Assembly (NCBI GenBank): GCA_009928955.1
Contig: SABN01000002.1
Location: 8,427-72,426 of the forward strand
Direction of reading: 5' to 3'
DNA from: Opitutia bacterium
Lineage (GTDB): Bacteria; Verrucomicrobiota; Kiritimatiellia; CAIQIC01; Lenti-01
Length of the DNA: 64,000 nt
The stretch's first letter is position 1. Each line of letters opens with the position of its first letter. The position numbers and the translations under genes were made by a program. Positions 38,801 to 47,253 of this stretch are shown here, one piece after another. Below the pieces are notes generated by a model. It saw only the letters and a program-made list of their open reading frames with translations, was not told the origin of the DNA and did not search any database.

Positions 38801-41800
38801 CGCCGGTGAAGGACGCCAGCGTGACTTCGCTGTTGCGGATGCGGACGGCATAGCCGTTGCCCGTTCCCGAAACCCACCCGGCGGAATCCGCGCCCAGCAC
38901 GAAAGCGGCGCCATACGCGCCGGGCGCAAAGCCCAGTTGGTTGGTGCGGCCCGAGTAGAAATTGAAGGCCCAGGTCATCGTGCCGGCATTGTTGGTCAGC
39001 ACGGGGGCATAGCGGGCGGAGAGGTCGCGGACCACCGAGATCCGCCCGTTGGTTCCGCCGGTTCCGCCGGGGCCATAGAGCTGAAGCACCCGGTTCCGGA
39101 TTTGAACGTTGCCGCCGACCGGGCCCGTGAGATTCGAAAGCCAGCCCTCGCCAATGTTGTCGGCCACGTCGGCGCGGCTGAACGTGTCCAGCGTCATCGG
39201 CACGGCCGATCCGGCCGAGATGGAAGTGAAGTGGGTTTCCTCGGTCAACCAGATGCCGTTGGAGCTTGCCGCCGTCACCCGCGCGGTATAGGTCCCCAGC
39301 ACGGCGGGGAAAAAGCGGGGAATGGTGGTCAAAAACTCCTGGCAATCCCGTCCGCCCAAGGACATCGGCCCGATGTCGGAAAAGGCGGCGTTGCTCAACG
39401 CCAGATTGCCATCCGGATAGATCAGGTCGAACGAGGCGCCTTCCAATGTCATGCCGGAGGCATGATACAAGGTGAAGCTGGCCGTGGCCATCCCCCCCCC
39501 CAGCGAGCGATCGGTCACTTCGTTGGTGAGGGCGAAGGAATCGGTCGCCCAGAAATTCAGCAATTCAGGCACTTGCGCGTCGGGGTCGAAGCACGCGCCC
39601 CTCACCGGCACTTCCAGCTCGGGGAAATCCGTGGAATTGTTGTAGAGGATCATGGTCCATTCGCTCGTTCCGCCCGCCGCGGGCGAGAACGTCACCGTCA
39701 GGGTGATGCTGTTGCTCGACGGAATGGAGGCCGTGGCGGGCAACACGGAGAAGTAGTTGTCGCCGGGGCCGGAAAAGCCGATGGAGCTCAGGCCGAGTTC
39801 GCCCGTGCCGCTGTTGGTCACGGTCACGGTGAGGTTGGAAGAGTCCAGGACATTCACGATCCCGAAGTCCAACTCATCCGGGAAGACCGCGATCGTGGGC
39901 AATCCCAACGTGGTGACCATCTGGGTCTGTGAATTCGCGCTGGTGCAGAGACTGTCCCATTCCGCCCGCACCCGGAAATAATAGGTGACCTCGTGGATGA
40001 GCCCGGTCACGGACAGGAAGGTGCCGGGCACCGGCCGGTTGGAATAGCCGGCGACATCGGCGCCGGCGGAAAACACCATGTCGGTGCTGACATCGAGGCG
40101 ATATCCGAGCGCGCCGGGGACCTCCGTCCATCGGGCCGTGAACGAAGTGACGTTCGTCGGATCGGCGTGCAATCCCTCCGGCGCGGCGGTGAAGCAGGTG
40201 TCCACCGGCGTGAATGCCGTCGCGATCTGCGGCGTGGGCATCTGGGCGCTGGCGAGGGAGGCTTGATTGACGATCTGGGTGTAGATCGCCGGATTGTCGA
40301 CCCAGACTTCGAACTGGATGAGCATGGTTTCATTGGTCTCGAGGGTGATCCCGGAGGCCAAGCCGGGAGGCTCGCCGCCCGGGACCGTTTGATTCAAGCG
40401 GCGCGTGCCGGTGATCAGCACATTGTCGATCCAGACGACGTCGGTTGAATCCATGCCCGAGGGGCTGATGAAGCGGATGACGGTCGAGGTGGAGATGAAG
40501 GCGGACAGATTTGCGCTGAAATGGATATAATCCGCATCGGTGGCCGCGCCCGAGAACCGGCCCAGTTCCGTCCAAGCGGTTCCATTTGAAGACGCTTGGA
40601 TCGCCACATATTCGCCGGCCTCCAGACCGATGCGCTGATAGTCGAACTCCAACGTTGCGCTGGCAAAAAGAGACAGGTCCGCCGCGCGGCGGATCGCCTG
40701 GCTGCCGCCGGAAAAGCGCAGCGTGTAGGTTTCGTCGACGCCGTTGTCGAATTGGATCTGGATATAACCGGCGGTCGGTCCGTTGTTCTCGCCTTCCACC
40801 CAATCGCCGGCCCAGAGTTGGGTCCCGTCATTGTTGGAATACACCCGGCGGCTGAACTGATCGCCAAAGGTCTCATTCACCGTGACCGGCGCGTTCACTT
40901 GGCAGCTGTCGGCCACATAGACGGCGCCGGCCGGCAGCGGATCGATCACCGTCACATTGGTTTGCGCGACTCCGCTTCGGTTGGTGATTGAAATGGCATA
41001 GGTGATGACATCGCCCGCCCACACCGGCCCGGCCGGTTCGGCGCGCTTGGTGATGGTCAGCAGCGCCTCGCCGGGATTGACGACCACCTGCGCAGAATCG
41101 TTTCCGGCATCGGCGTCAATCTGATCCACGCCGGTGAGGCTCGCCGCATTGGTGATGGCCGTTCCGGCGGTGCCGGCCCCGACCACGGCGGTGAGGGTCA
41201 GCGTGGAAATCTGCAGCGGCTCCATCGTTCCGACGGCCCAGATGCCGGTCTCGGGGTCGTAGGTCCCCTGCCCGGCTTCATGCGAAAGATAGGAGAGGCT
41301 GCTGGGCAAGACATCCGTCACTTCCACGGCCGTGGCCGGATCCGGACCGAAATTGGTGACGGCGATCGCATAGACCAACAGCCCATTTTCAACGGGAACG
41401 AGCGGACTGGCGGATTTGCCGACCCCGATATCCACGCTGACCACGGTGATCACCGCGCTGGCGGTGTTGTCGAGGGGAAGGATATCCGCCATGTCCGCCC
41501 CGGAAATCCGCGCCCAATTCGTGAGGGCCGTCCCCGCCGTGCCGGCATCCACGGTGGCCGAAATCTGCAGCTGGGCGGAGGCGCCCACGGCAAGCGTTCC
41601 CACCTCCCAAATGCCGGAGGCGCTGCCGTAGCTCCCCTGCCCTGCGATGTGGGAGGCATAGGTGAGCCCGTTGGTCAGCGGCTCCGAAACCAAGAGGCTG
41701 CCGGCGGCGTTGGGTCCCGAATTGGTCACCACGATGGTATAGACAACCGTTTCCCCCTCGTCCGGATGCACGTCGTCCACGGTCTTGGAAAGCCCCAGAT

Positions 41801-44800
41801 CGGTGTGGCGGACCCCGTCGGCGACCGAAGCCACCACGGGCGTCGGCTGCTGGTCGCACGTCACCGAGACCGTGTTGAGCAACTGGGTGACGGAGCCGGG
41901 GTTGACGACCAAGGCTTGGAAGGTGGCGGTCAGGGCTTCGCCGGCTTCCAAGGTCCGATTCGTGGCCAGCCCGGGGGCGGCCTCTCCCGCCGCCGAGTTG
42001 GTGCCGGGGCCAACGATCCACGTGCTGTCCGCCACATAGACCGTTCCCGTCGGAAGCGCATCGCCGATTTGAATCCCCGTGTGGGCGACGCTGCTGAGAT
42101 TCGAGACGGCGATGGTGTAAGTGATGATGTCGCCGGGGGTCGCGTAGCCGACCACATCGGAGGTCTTGACCACTTGCAATCCGCTGATGGCGATGGTCGC
42201 CTCATCTTGATTGTTCCCGCTGACGGGGTCCGCGAGGTCGGCCGCGGAGATGCGGCTGCGATTGGTGATGACCGTTCCAAAGGTGCCGACGCCGACTTCC
42301 GCCGTCAGCGTCAGGGTCGCGGAATAGCCGGACGTCACCGCTCCCACGCTCCAGATGCCCGTACCGCTGTCATAGCTGCCCTGGCTGGGCGAATCGGAAA
42401 CATAGACCAATCCATTGGTCAACGGTTCGAACACGGAAATGCCGGCGACATCCGACGGCCCTGAATTGGTCAGCCGGAGGGTGTAAACGATCTGGGAGGT
42501 TTCGTTCGGCGTGGGGTTGTCCACGGTCTTGGTCAGCGCCAAGTCGGCGCCTTCGACCAAGACGATGGCGCTCGCCGCGTTGTTTGAGAGTTCGGGATCC
42601 ACTTGATCATAGGCCGTGACCGTGGCCGTGTTGGTCCACCAGAAACCGCCGGAGCCGGCGGCCGCCGTGACCTCCATCTGGAGGACCGCCGCCGATTCCG
42701 GCGCCAGGGATCCAACCAGCCACACGCCGGTGGTCGGGTCGTAGGCCCCTTGGCTCGGAATCGCGTCATCAAAGACGAATCCGGCCGGGATCAAGTCGCC
42801 CACCTCCACGCCGGTCGCCTCTTCCTGCGCGCTGCGATTGGTGAGGATCAAGGTGAACCACAATGCCCCGCCCTCTTCCACGGCAGACGCGCTGGCCGAT
42901 TTCTCGATTACCAGATCGGCATGGATGACCGGGTCGACCACGGTGGCAGAAAGAGGAACCAGCTGCTGGTCGCTGGAAGCCGTGGCGGTGTTGGTGATGG
43001 CCATCAACTCCAAGGGATCGTCCACCTGGACCTGGAAGGTCGCTTGCAGTTTCTGTCCGGGGGCCAGCGTCCAGTTGGACGCCAGATCGGGCGGGGCGTT
43101 GGTGTCGCCGGTGGATTCGTAGGCGATCCGCACCAATCCATTGGCGCCGCTGCCCCCGTTGCGGTCCGTGTAGGTGTTCGCCTTGCCGCCGGATCCACCG
43201 CCGCCATAGGTGGCGCCATTGGCCCCGGTGCGGTTGTTCGTGACACCCGTTGCGCCATCGCCGCCATGGAGCGCGGTCCCGGATCCGCTGACGCCGTTGG
43301 TGAGGGCGTCGCCGCCGTTGCCCGTGGTGCCCGCGCCGCCGCCGCCCGCGCCCGAACGATAGCTGGTGCCGGACGTGTACCGCCCTCCCCCGCCATTTCC
43401 ACCGCGATAGTTCACATCGCCCACGCACAGGGCGGAAGATCCCGCGCCGGCCAATCCATTGCGATTGTTGATGTTTCCGTCGCTCAACCCCCGCTCGCCG
43501 CCTTGCGCAAAAACCGTGTTGGTCGTGTTGAACCAACTCGGGGTGCCGGGGCTGCCGTGCTGCGAATCCGTTCCGGTGCTATAGCCGCCGATGCCGCCAG
43601 CCCCCACGGTGACGGTGTAGCTTTGCAGCGGGACGACGGCGATGGATTTCTTCGCATACGAGCCGCCCGCCCCGCCGCCGCCGGTGGCCGGATTGCCGCG
43701 GGCGCGTCCGCCGCCGCCGCCACCGCCCCAAGCTTCGACGGTGATACTGGTCACGCCGGCCGGCGCCATGAAGGTCGTCGAGTTGGTATAGACATTGGTC
43801 GCCAAGGTCGCGGGGGTGCGCGTCACGGCCAGACTGCCGGGCACATAGGTCGTTCCGGCCGGAACCAGATCGGTCAACGAAACGTTCGCATGCGTCAGGC
43901 TGCCGGAATTGCTGGCGACGACGACATAGGTGATCGTCCCGCCGGGATGAACGGTGAGGGTCACGTCCGACGCCTTCGTCAGCACCAGGGAACTGACGGA
44001 AAGCTCGGCCGTGGCCTCATCGTTTGCGGCATCCGGATCCGGCAGGTCGGTGGCCGTGATGCGGGCGCGGTTGGTGAGGACCGTGTCCATTGTCCCGCCG
44101 CCGACCATGGCCTGGATGGTCAAGGTTGCCGCGGCATTCACGCCCAAGGTGCCGACCGCCCAAACGCCCGAGATGCCGCTATAGGAACCGTGCGAAACAT
44201 CGTGGCTCACATAGGAGAGGCCATTGGTCAAGGGTTCCGAAACTTGGATTCCCGTGGCTTCCGAAGGTCCCGGATTGGTGACCACCAGCGTGTAGGTCAC
44301 CGTCTGCATCTCGGCGGCCGCCAGCGGTTCCACGCGCTTGGCGATGGCCAGATCCGCCCCGTACACCAGCACGACCGCCGAAGCGGCGTTGTCGGTCAGG
44401 TTCGGATCTTCATGGCTGCTGGCGCCGATGCTGGCCGTGTTGGTCAGGAACAGGCCCCCGCTGCCGATTTGCGCGGTGGCGAAGATCTCCAGCGTGGCCG
44501 TCCCGCCATTGGTCAAGGTTCCGACGATCCACGCGCCGGTTTCGTCATCATAGGAGCCTTGGCTCTCATTGGCGGCGGTGAACGAGAGCCCGGCGGGCAG
44601 AAGGTCGTCGATTTCGATTCCCGCGGCCTCGTACGGCCCCCGATTCGTCACCGCGATGGTGAAGACCACCGGGTCGGCTTCTTCCATGGCGGAGCGATCC
44701 GCGATCTTGGACAAGGCCAGATCGGCGGATTGCACCTCGAAGCTCGCCGAGGCCACGTTGTCGGCCAGATTGGTGTCGGGGCGGTTCATGCGGCTGACGC

Positions 44801-44843
44801 TGGCGACGTTCGTCACCCGGCTGCCGCCGGAGCCGACATTCAC
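35838..44843 (-). CDS. giant surface adhesin, distal 3001-codon segment (DUF11-type repeats, Gly-rich domain, jelly-roll, FN3, ASH/choice-of-anchor-D-like Ig, LamG-like, ~1250-aa unassigned C-terminus)
   Basis: Repeats follow the pattern ADLAxxK...TYTxxVTNxGPxxAxGxxVxxPLxxGLxYVS...GSYxxxxGxWxVGxL...ATLxI. The track start at 44843 is an internal GTG (Val). The frame is open upstream to the TAG at 44898-44900. Confidence 0.9.
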   Translation of the reverse strand: MNVGSGGSRVTNVASVSRMNRPDTNLADNVASASFEVQSADLALSKIADRSAMEEADPVVFTIAVTNRGPYEAAGIEIDDLLPAGLSFTAANESQGSYDDETGAWIVGTLTNGGTATLEIFATAQIGSGGLFLTNTASIGASSHEDPNLTDNAASAVVLVYGADLAIAKRVEPLAAAEMQTVTYTLVVTNPGPSEATGIQVSEPLTNGLSYVSHDVSHGSYSGISGVWAVGTLGVNAAATLTIQAMVGGGTMDTVLTNRARITATDLPDPDAANDEATAELSVSSLVLTKASDVTLTVHPGGTITYVVVASNSGSLTHANVSLTDLVPAGTTYVPGSLAVTRTPATLATNVYTNSTTFMAPAGVTSITVEAWGGGGGGGRARGNPATGGGGAGGSYAKKSIAVVPLQSYTVTVGAGGIGGYSTGTDSQHGSPGTPSWFNTTNTVFAQGGERGLSDGNINNRNGLAGAGSSALCVGDVNYRGGNGGGGRYTSGTSYRSGAGGGGAGTTGNGGDALTNGVSGSGTALHGGDGATGVTNNRTGANGATYGGGGSGGKANTYTDRNGGSGANGLVRIAYESTGDTNAPPDLASNWTLAPGQKLQATFQVQVDDPLELMAITNTATASSDQQLVPLSATVVDPVIHADLVIEKSASASAVEEGGALWFTLILTNRSAQEEATGVEVGDLIPAGFVFDDAIPSQGAYDPTTGVWLVGSLAPESAAVLQMEVTAAAGSGGFWWTNTATVTAYDQVDPELSNNAASAIVLVEGADLALTKTVDNPTPNETSQIVYTLRLTNSGPSDVAGISVFEPLTNGLVYVSDSPSQGSYDSGTGIWSVGAVTSGYSATLTLTAEVGVGTFGTVITNRSRISAADLADPVSGNNQDEATIAISGLQVVKTSDVVGYATPGDIITYTIAVSNLSSVAHTGIQIGDALPTGTVYVADSTWIVGPGTNSAAGEAAPGLATNRTLEAGEALTATFQALVVNPGSVTQLLNTVSVTCDQQPTPVVASVADGVRHTDLGLSKTVDDVHPDEGETVVYTIVVTNSGPNAAGSLLVSEPLTNGLTYASHIAGQGSYGSASGIWEVGTLAVGASAQLQISATVDAGTAGTALTNWARISGADMADILPLDNTASAVITVVSVDIGVGKSASPLVPVENGLLVYAIAVTNFGPDPATAVEVTDVLPSSLSYLSHEAGQGTYDPETGIWAVGTMEPLQISTLTLTAVVGAGTAGTAITNAASLTGVDQIDADAGNDSAQVVVNPGEALLTITKRAEPAGPVWAGDVITYAISITNRSGVAQTNVTVIDPLPAGAVYVADSCQVNAPVTVNETFGDQFSRRVYSNNDGTQLWAGDWVEGENNGPTAGYIQIQFDNGVDETYTLRFSGGSQAIRRAADLSLFASATLEFDYQRIGLEAGEYVAIQASSNGTAWTELGRFSGAATDADYIHFSANLSAFISTSTVIRFISPSGMDSTDVVWIDNVLITGTRRLNQTVPGGEPPGLASGITLETNETMLIQFEVWVDNPAIYTQIVNQASLASAQMPTPQIATAFTPVDTCFTAAPEGLHADPTNVTSFTARWTEVPGALGYRLDVSTDMVFSAGADVAGYSNRPVPGTFLSVTGLIHEVTYYFRVRAEWDSLCTSANSQTQMVTTLGLPTIAVFPDELDFGIVNVLDSSNLTVTVTNSGTGELGLSSIGFSGPGDNYFSVLPATASIPSSNSITLTVTFSPAAGGTSEWTMILYNNSTDFPELEVPVRGACFDPDAQVPELLNFWATDSFALTNEVTDRSLGGGMATASFTLYHASGMTLEGASFDLIYPDGNLALSNAAFSDIGPMSLGGRDCQEFLTTIPRFFPAVLGTYTARVTAASSNGIWLTEETHFTSISAGSAVPMTLDTFSRADVADNIGEGWLSNLTGPVGGNVQIRNRVLQLYGPGGTGGTNGRISVVRDLSARYAPVLTNNAGTMTWAFNFYSGRTNQLGFAPGAYGAAFVLGADSAGWVSGTGNGYAVRIRNSEVTLASFTGGLDLDSDLTALGASAPLSSATASVAVQVDLEAATGIWRLYVRELSGSGIGAFGNPLDDITESHLVAQVTNTFHLHRALPYAGCYWNHGNAAVGTNTAAFFDDLYAPYVLLPSEPMRISAVDNDIMLPTSLGYVCVNDDPVPEEVPNRLGVVWTNTPEFIVTFDPLASDQDPGYSIRSIQRDVRGIGEYRVSPDPVNVLSASNRGGLGRPFPVVTTNGALANYGFEIIADGGDWKLDSNCFYQTKADDFTRVFEGTNSLRQSPGGVAYQIFEFRNESGVIPRVEMSGWYRGGPAGVTIAAYSTNDLLNPVGTATLSPGLAEDWTSFSLPAQDLGDSTIEFLKVSLTAEGGETFWDLLRLSVDIGTNRSSMRFRAGAENQGLVPQYIFAVDADYNRGGDRLAGLTKYFYIPFDMTPPTPVNMPLGGTGASTETVDDPTTQFDLQWSTNGIGPDDPGDPVHPTKNPGDIDILSKWHTYKLYCGTYDPQLVPFNDDPTSTNGYIYKTFVANGAYRSWNQVNPDTPIADPSAPSYQSNYLALTNLATPAVRLYDLEYDQDYVVVVVSVDKAGNIGNAGVQSWSTNNTIRFALIRGETIDKSVAKAAFPEARLDNTNTPTAAALHWIASGPTNEQGIYTAVSKDYDLIAWDSARFQESSNNQWQLVDTVRSNWFVDDGGQMKSRGQLRFYRASYKDRWRATNALGLVQRRVASEEIYSMHNVVLSSGPNFVALHGTPYTNTFNAVFGGVETFPGGASAMPDSGSTVLEFYNPGTNAFSTEQYFLSTQGRWMRIGGDDVTDVLQPSNFFSRGFSITLPDPLPEIYVRTNAMDANLDLVLPAMIWSPIMQVPTNQFSQVIHTGQAASYGSGGGRTNVIAPEVRMYNVAALRLPVSAHPGEMQLLESGFVCGNRDASDQLYTINTSTKTVRNGSTLYCDASHIWRFMTTDEEVPPGFFAPNDMLVIISKNGGVGNTWTWRYDAQNFYDLPTRRMEP
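39492..39501 (-). repeat. G10 homopolymer inside the adhesin coding sequence
   Basis: The + strand has C10. The coding strand reads CTG GGG GGG GGG ATG (LGGGM). Confidence 0.9.
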
Positions 44844-44897
44844 CGTTCCCGTGATCGACAGCGTGGCGGAAGCGCCCGGGGCCAGCGCGCCGACATC

Positions 44898-46448
44898 CTA
44901 CACGCCGTCCGCGGAAGTGAAGGCGCCCGAAGTCGAACCATAGCCTGAAAACACGAAAGCGGACGGCAAAACATCGGTCACTTGGATCAAGGCCGTGTTC
45001 GGGGTGCCCGCATTCGTCAGGGCGAGGGTGAAGACCACCGCATCGCCGATGTTCACGTTGGTGGGCGCGACGGTCTTGCTCAGCTGCAGATCTCCCGGAG
45101 TCAGGAACAAGCCGGCATCCGCGCTCCGGTTGGTTTGGCCGGATCCCAGCACGTAGGGGTCGGTGATTCCCGAAAGCGAATCCGGGTCGCTGTCCCGATC
45201 GGGATCGGTCCGCGCATATTGGGGGCTGAACTGATAGCCGTCCGGCGGGAAGAACTGCACCGTGTAGGTCCCCGGCCCCATTCCTTGCGCGAAGTAATAG
45301 CCGTTGGAATCGGAGCGCGAGGTCGCCGCCAGCACCTCGTCGCTCGCGTAGATATGCACCAGCACGTTGCTCAGGCCCGGCTCCCCGTCGTCCTGGATGC
45401 CATCGCCGTTCCAGTCTTCCCACACCCGGTCGCCGATGCCCACTTCCAGCACCTGGTCGAAGAACATCGCGCCGCCGCTGATCAGGTCCAGGCCCCCGAA
45501 GGCGGAGTCCACCGTCGTGTTCGTCGGGAAATAGAGATGATTGGTCACCTGCGTCCAATGGGCGCCGTTCGTGGAGACATCGTTGGCCGCCAGCGAATAG
45601 CCGTACACCATGTCGTTCGTCGTGAGGCCGAACTGGTCCCAGCTCAGATACACGCCCGACAGCGATTGCATGCTGGTCCGCGCCGACGGGCGCAAGGGCG
45701 AACCGCCTTCCGTGTAGCCGCGCATCACGGTCGTCTCCATCGTGATGCCCGAAGGCCCCCAGTCCGAGTCCAGCACGGTCACCGGCCGGCTGAAGGCCGC
45801 AGGCAGGCCGTTGGTGTCGACGGCGGTGATCACGGCGATCTTGAACCGGTCGTTGCCGCCGCGGTCCATCACCAGGAAGCCGCGCTGGTCCGTGAAGTTG
45901 TAGTACGGGAAGCCGGCGTTGAAAATGTAGTCGATGCGCTCGATGTTGTTGTTGTTGCCATTGCCGTCGCCTTGGTTGGCGAAGACGTTGTCGGCGCCGC
46001 GGTTCACCAGGTCGCTGCGGAGCGAATTCACCATCGTGGAGACCAGCGACGGCTTCAAATTCACGTTCGAGCTGGCCACCGAGTCCTCTTCGAAGAACAC
46101 GATGTTGTGCAGGCCCGTGACGACCGGGTTGTCCACGCGCACGATGTTGATGCGCTGCGCCAGCTGCACATAGTTGTACACGTTGGTGCCGGTTTCGAAC
46201 CCCTGGATGATCAGGTTGTTCTGCTCGCTGGAATTGAAGGCCAGGTTGTAGACCGTCCCGGTCGGATAGTCGCCGCTCCCCGCGCCGCGAACGGAATAGT
46301 TTTCGTTCGTGCTGCCAATGGTCGCATAGCGGGCCATGATGCCCGTGACCGGGCGCACCTGCGCAACGGCTGAAGAACATGCCGCCCCGAGACAAAACGC
46401 TCCCCCGATCAACAATCGCCATCCGTGAATATAGATTTTTGCGCTCAC
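44898..46448 (-). CDS. giant surface adhesin, proximal 516-codon segment (signal peptide, SdrD-B/Cna-B-like domain, first DUF11 repeat) ending at an in-frame TAG
   Basis: Signal peptide MSAKIYIHGWRLLIGGAFCLGAACSSAVAQ. IGDRVWEDWNGDGIQDDGEPGLSNVLVHIY...NGYYFAQGMGPGTYTVQF is SdrD-B-like. It ends ...SGAFTSADGV-TAG in the same frame as 35838..44843. Confidence 0.85.
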   Translation of the reverse strand: MSAKIYIHGWRLLIGGAFCLGAACSSAVAQVRPVTGIMARYATIGSTNENYSVRGAGSGDYPTGTVYNLAFNSSEQNNLIIQGFETGTNVYNYVQLAQRINIVRVDNPVVTGLHNIVFFEEDSVASSNVNLKPSLVSTMVNSLRSDLVNRGADNVFANQGDGNGNNNNIERIDYIFNAGFPYYNFTDQRGFLVMDRGGNDRFKIAVITAVDTNGLPAAFSRPVTVLDSDWGPSGITMETTVMRGYTEGGSPLRPSARTSMQSLSGVYLSWDQFGLTTNDMVYGYSLAANDVSTNGAHWTQVTNHLYFPTNTTVDSAFGGLDLISGGAMFFDQVLEVGIGDRVWEDWNGDGIQDDGEPGLSNVLVHIYASDEVLAATSRSDSNGYYFAQGMGPGTYTVQFFPPDGYQFSPQYARTDPDRDSDPDSLSGITDPYVLGSGQTNRSADAGLFLTPGDLQLSKTVAPTNVNIGDAVVFTLALTNAGTPNTALIQVTDVLPSAFVFSGYGSTSGAFTSADGV

Positions 46449-47192
46449 GGAATTTCTTTGAGTATAGCGACCCTCACCTGGAACAACCGCCGGTTGGCTA
46501 TCGTCCTTTCTGGGAACACGCTACGCGCCGGACGAGACGAATGCCATGGGGTACAACCCTTCGAACCCTCCAACCCGCTTCCATTTGCCGAACTTTTTTC
46601 AAATTCACTCCTAATCCCTATGAAACAAAGTACCGCGCACGTTCCTTGTATGCAACACATTGTTTTGTTTTTGTTAAAGTATTCTTCCGGGTCGAAATGC
46701 CCGAAATTCAATCCGGTCCCCCAGCTGCTCCGCGCAAGGGGATTGGACCGTTTAATCCGTTCATCGTCCACCTCCCCCCCCGAATTCGCACCGCCACAAG
46801 ACAATTGCTTCGATTTTATAAGCAAATATTTGTTGATATTCTATAAACAGGAAAAATAGCGCCACAATTTGATCAATGTCGACATTTTTCAGTTATTTGC
46901 AGTATTTGTGCTCTATTTATGGAATTTTCGCCGATTCATCCATCTGGCGTCATGAAGCCCTTGTTTTGGCTGTTTCCGCGTGGGATCCCCCCGATTTTTC
47001 CGGCTCGGCGATTCAAATGAAAAATGTCATATTATTGGCACTAATTGACAAGATATCGTAATTATTTTTCATAATCGATCACTTTTACCACGAATTGCTT
47101 CTTTTTTTGAAACAGGCGAGGCGTAATGTGCAATGTTTTGCAAATATATGGCGAATAATAGCGAGGATGATTGAAAAAAAAGCCAACATATG
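46449..47192 (-). promoter_or_regulatory. AT-rich upstream/leader region of the giant adhesin gene
   Basis: Visibly much lower GC than the flanks. Contains A8, T7 and C8 tracts and the 11-mer TGTTGATATTC (46831-46841), which is shared with the 29211 palindrome. Confidence 0.5.
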
Positions 47193-47226
47193 GCGGAAGA
47201 AAACAAAACAGATCAACATATGATCT
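47193..47226 (-). terminator. rho-independent terminator after dctM
   Basis: The minus strand reads AGATCA-TATGT-TGATCT followed by GTTTTGTTTTCTTCC. Confidence 0.55.
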
Positions 47227-47253
47227 ATCTTGATATGCAGAATGCAGATACAG

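Noticed and set aside
36945-39932. 995-aa + ORF. Also 42603..44948 (781 aa), 41280..42464 and 44982..46373 on the + strand, and 44566..46422 on the minus strand
   Set aside because: All are antisense or alternate-frame to the giant adhesin, whose repeat and domain structure identifies the true frame.
46449-46830. c-di-GMP riboswitch (common before giant adhesins) in the adhesin leader
   Set aside because: Only a GGCAAA word is present. The conserved GEMM-I/II cores (for example ...CGCAAAGC...) and paired helices were not found by eye. cmscan would be needed to exclude it formally.
46876-47061. 61-aa + ORF in the AT-rich region. Also 46379..46859 + ORFs and 46445..46825 on the minus strand
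   Set aside because: They lie in low-GC intergenic DNA with no RBS, domain or plausible composition. They are probably chance ORFs caused by AT richness.
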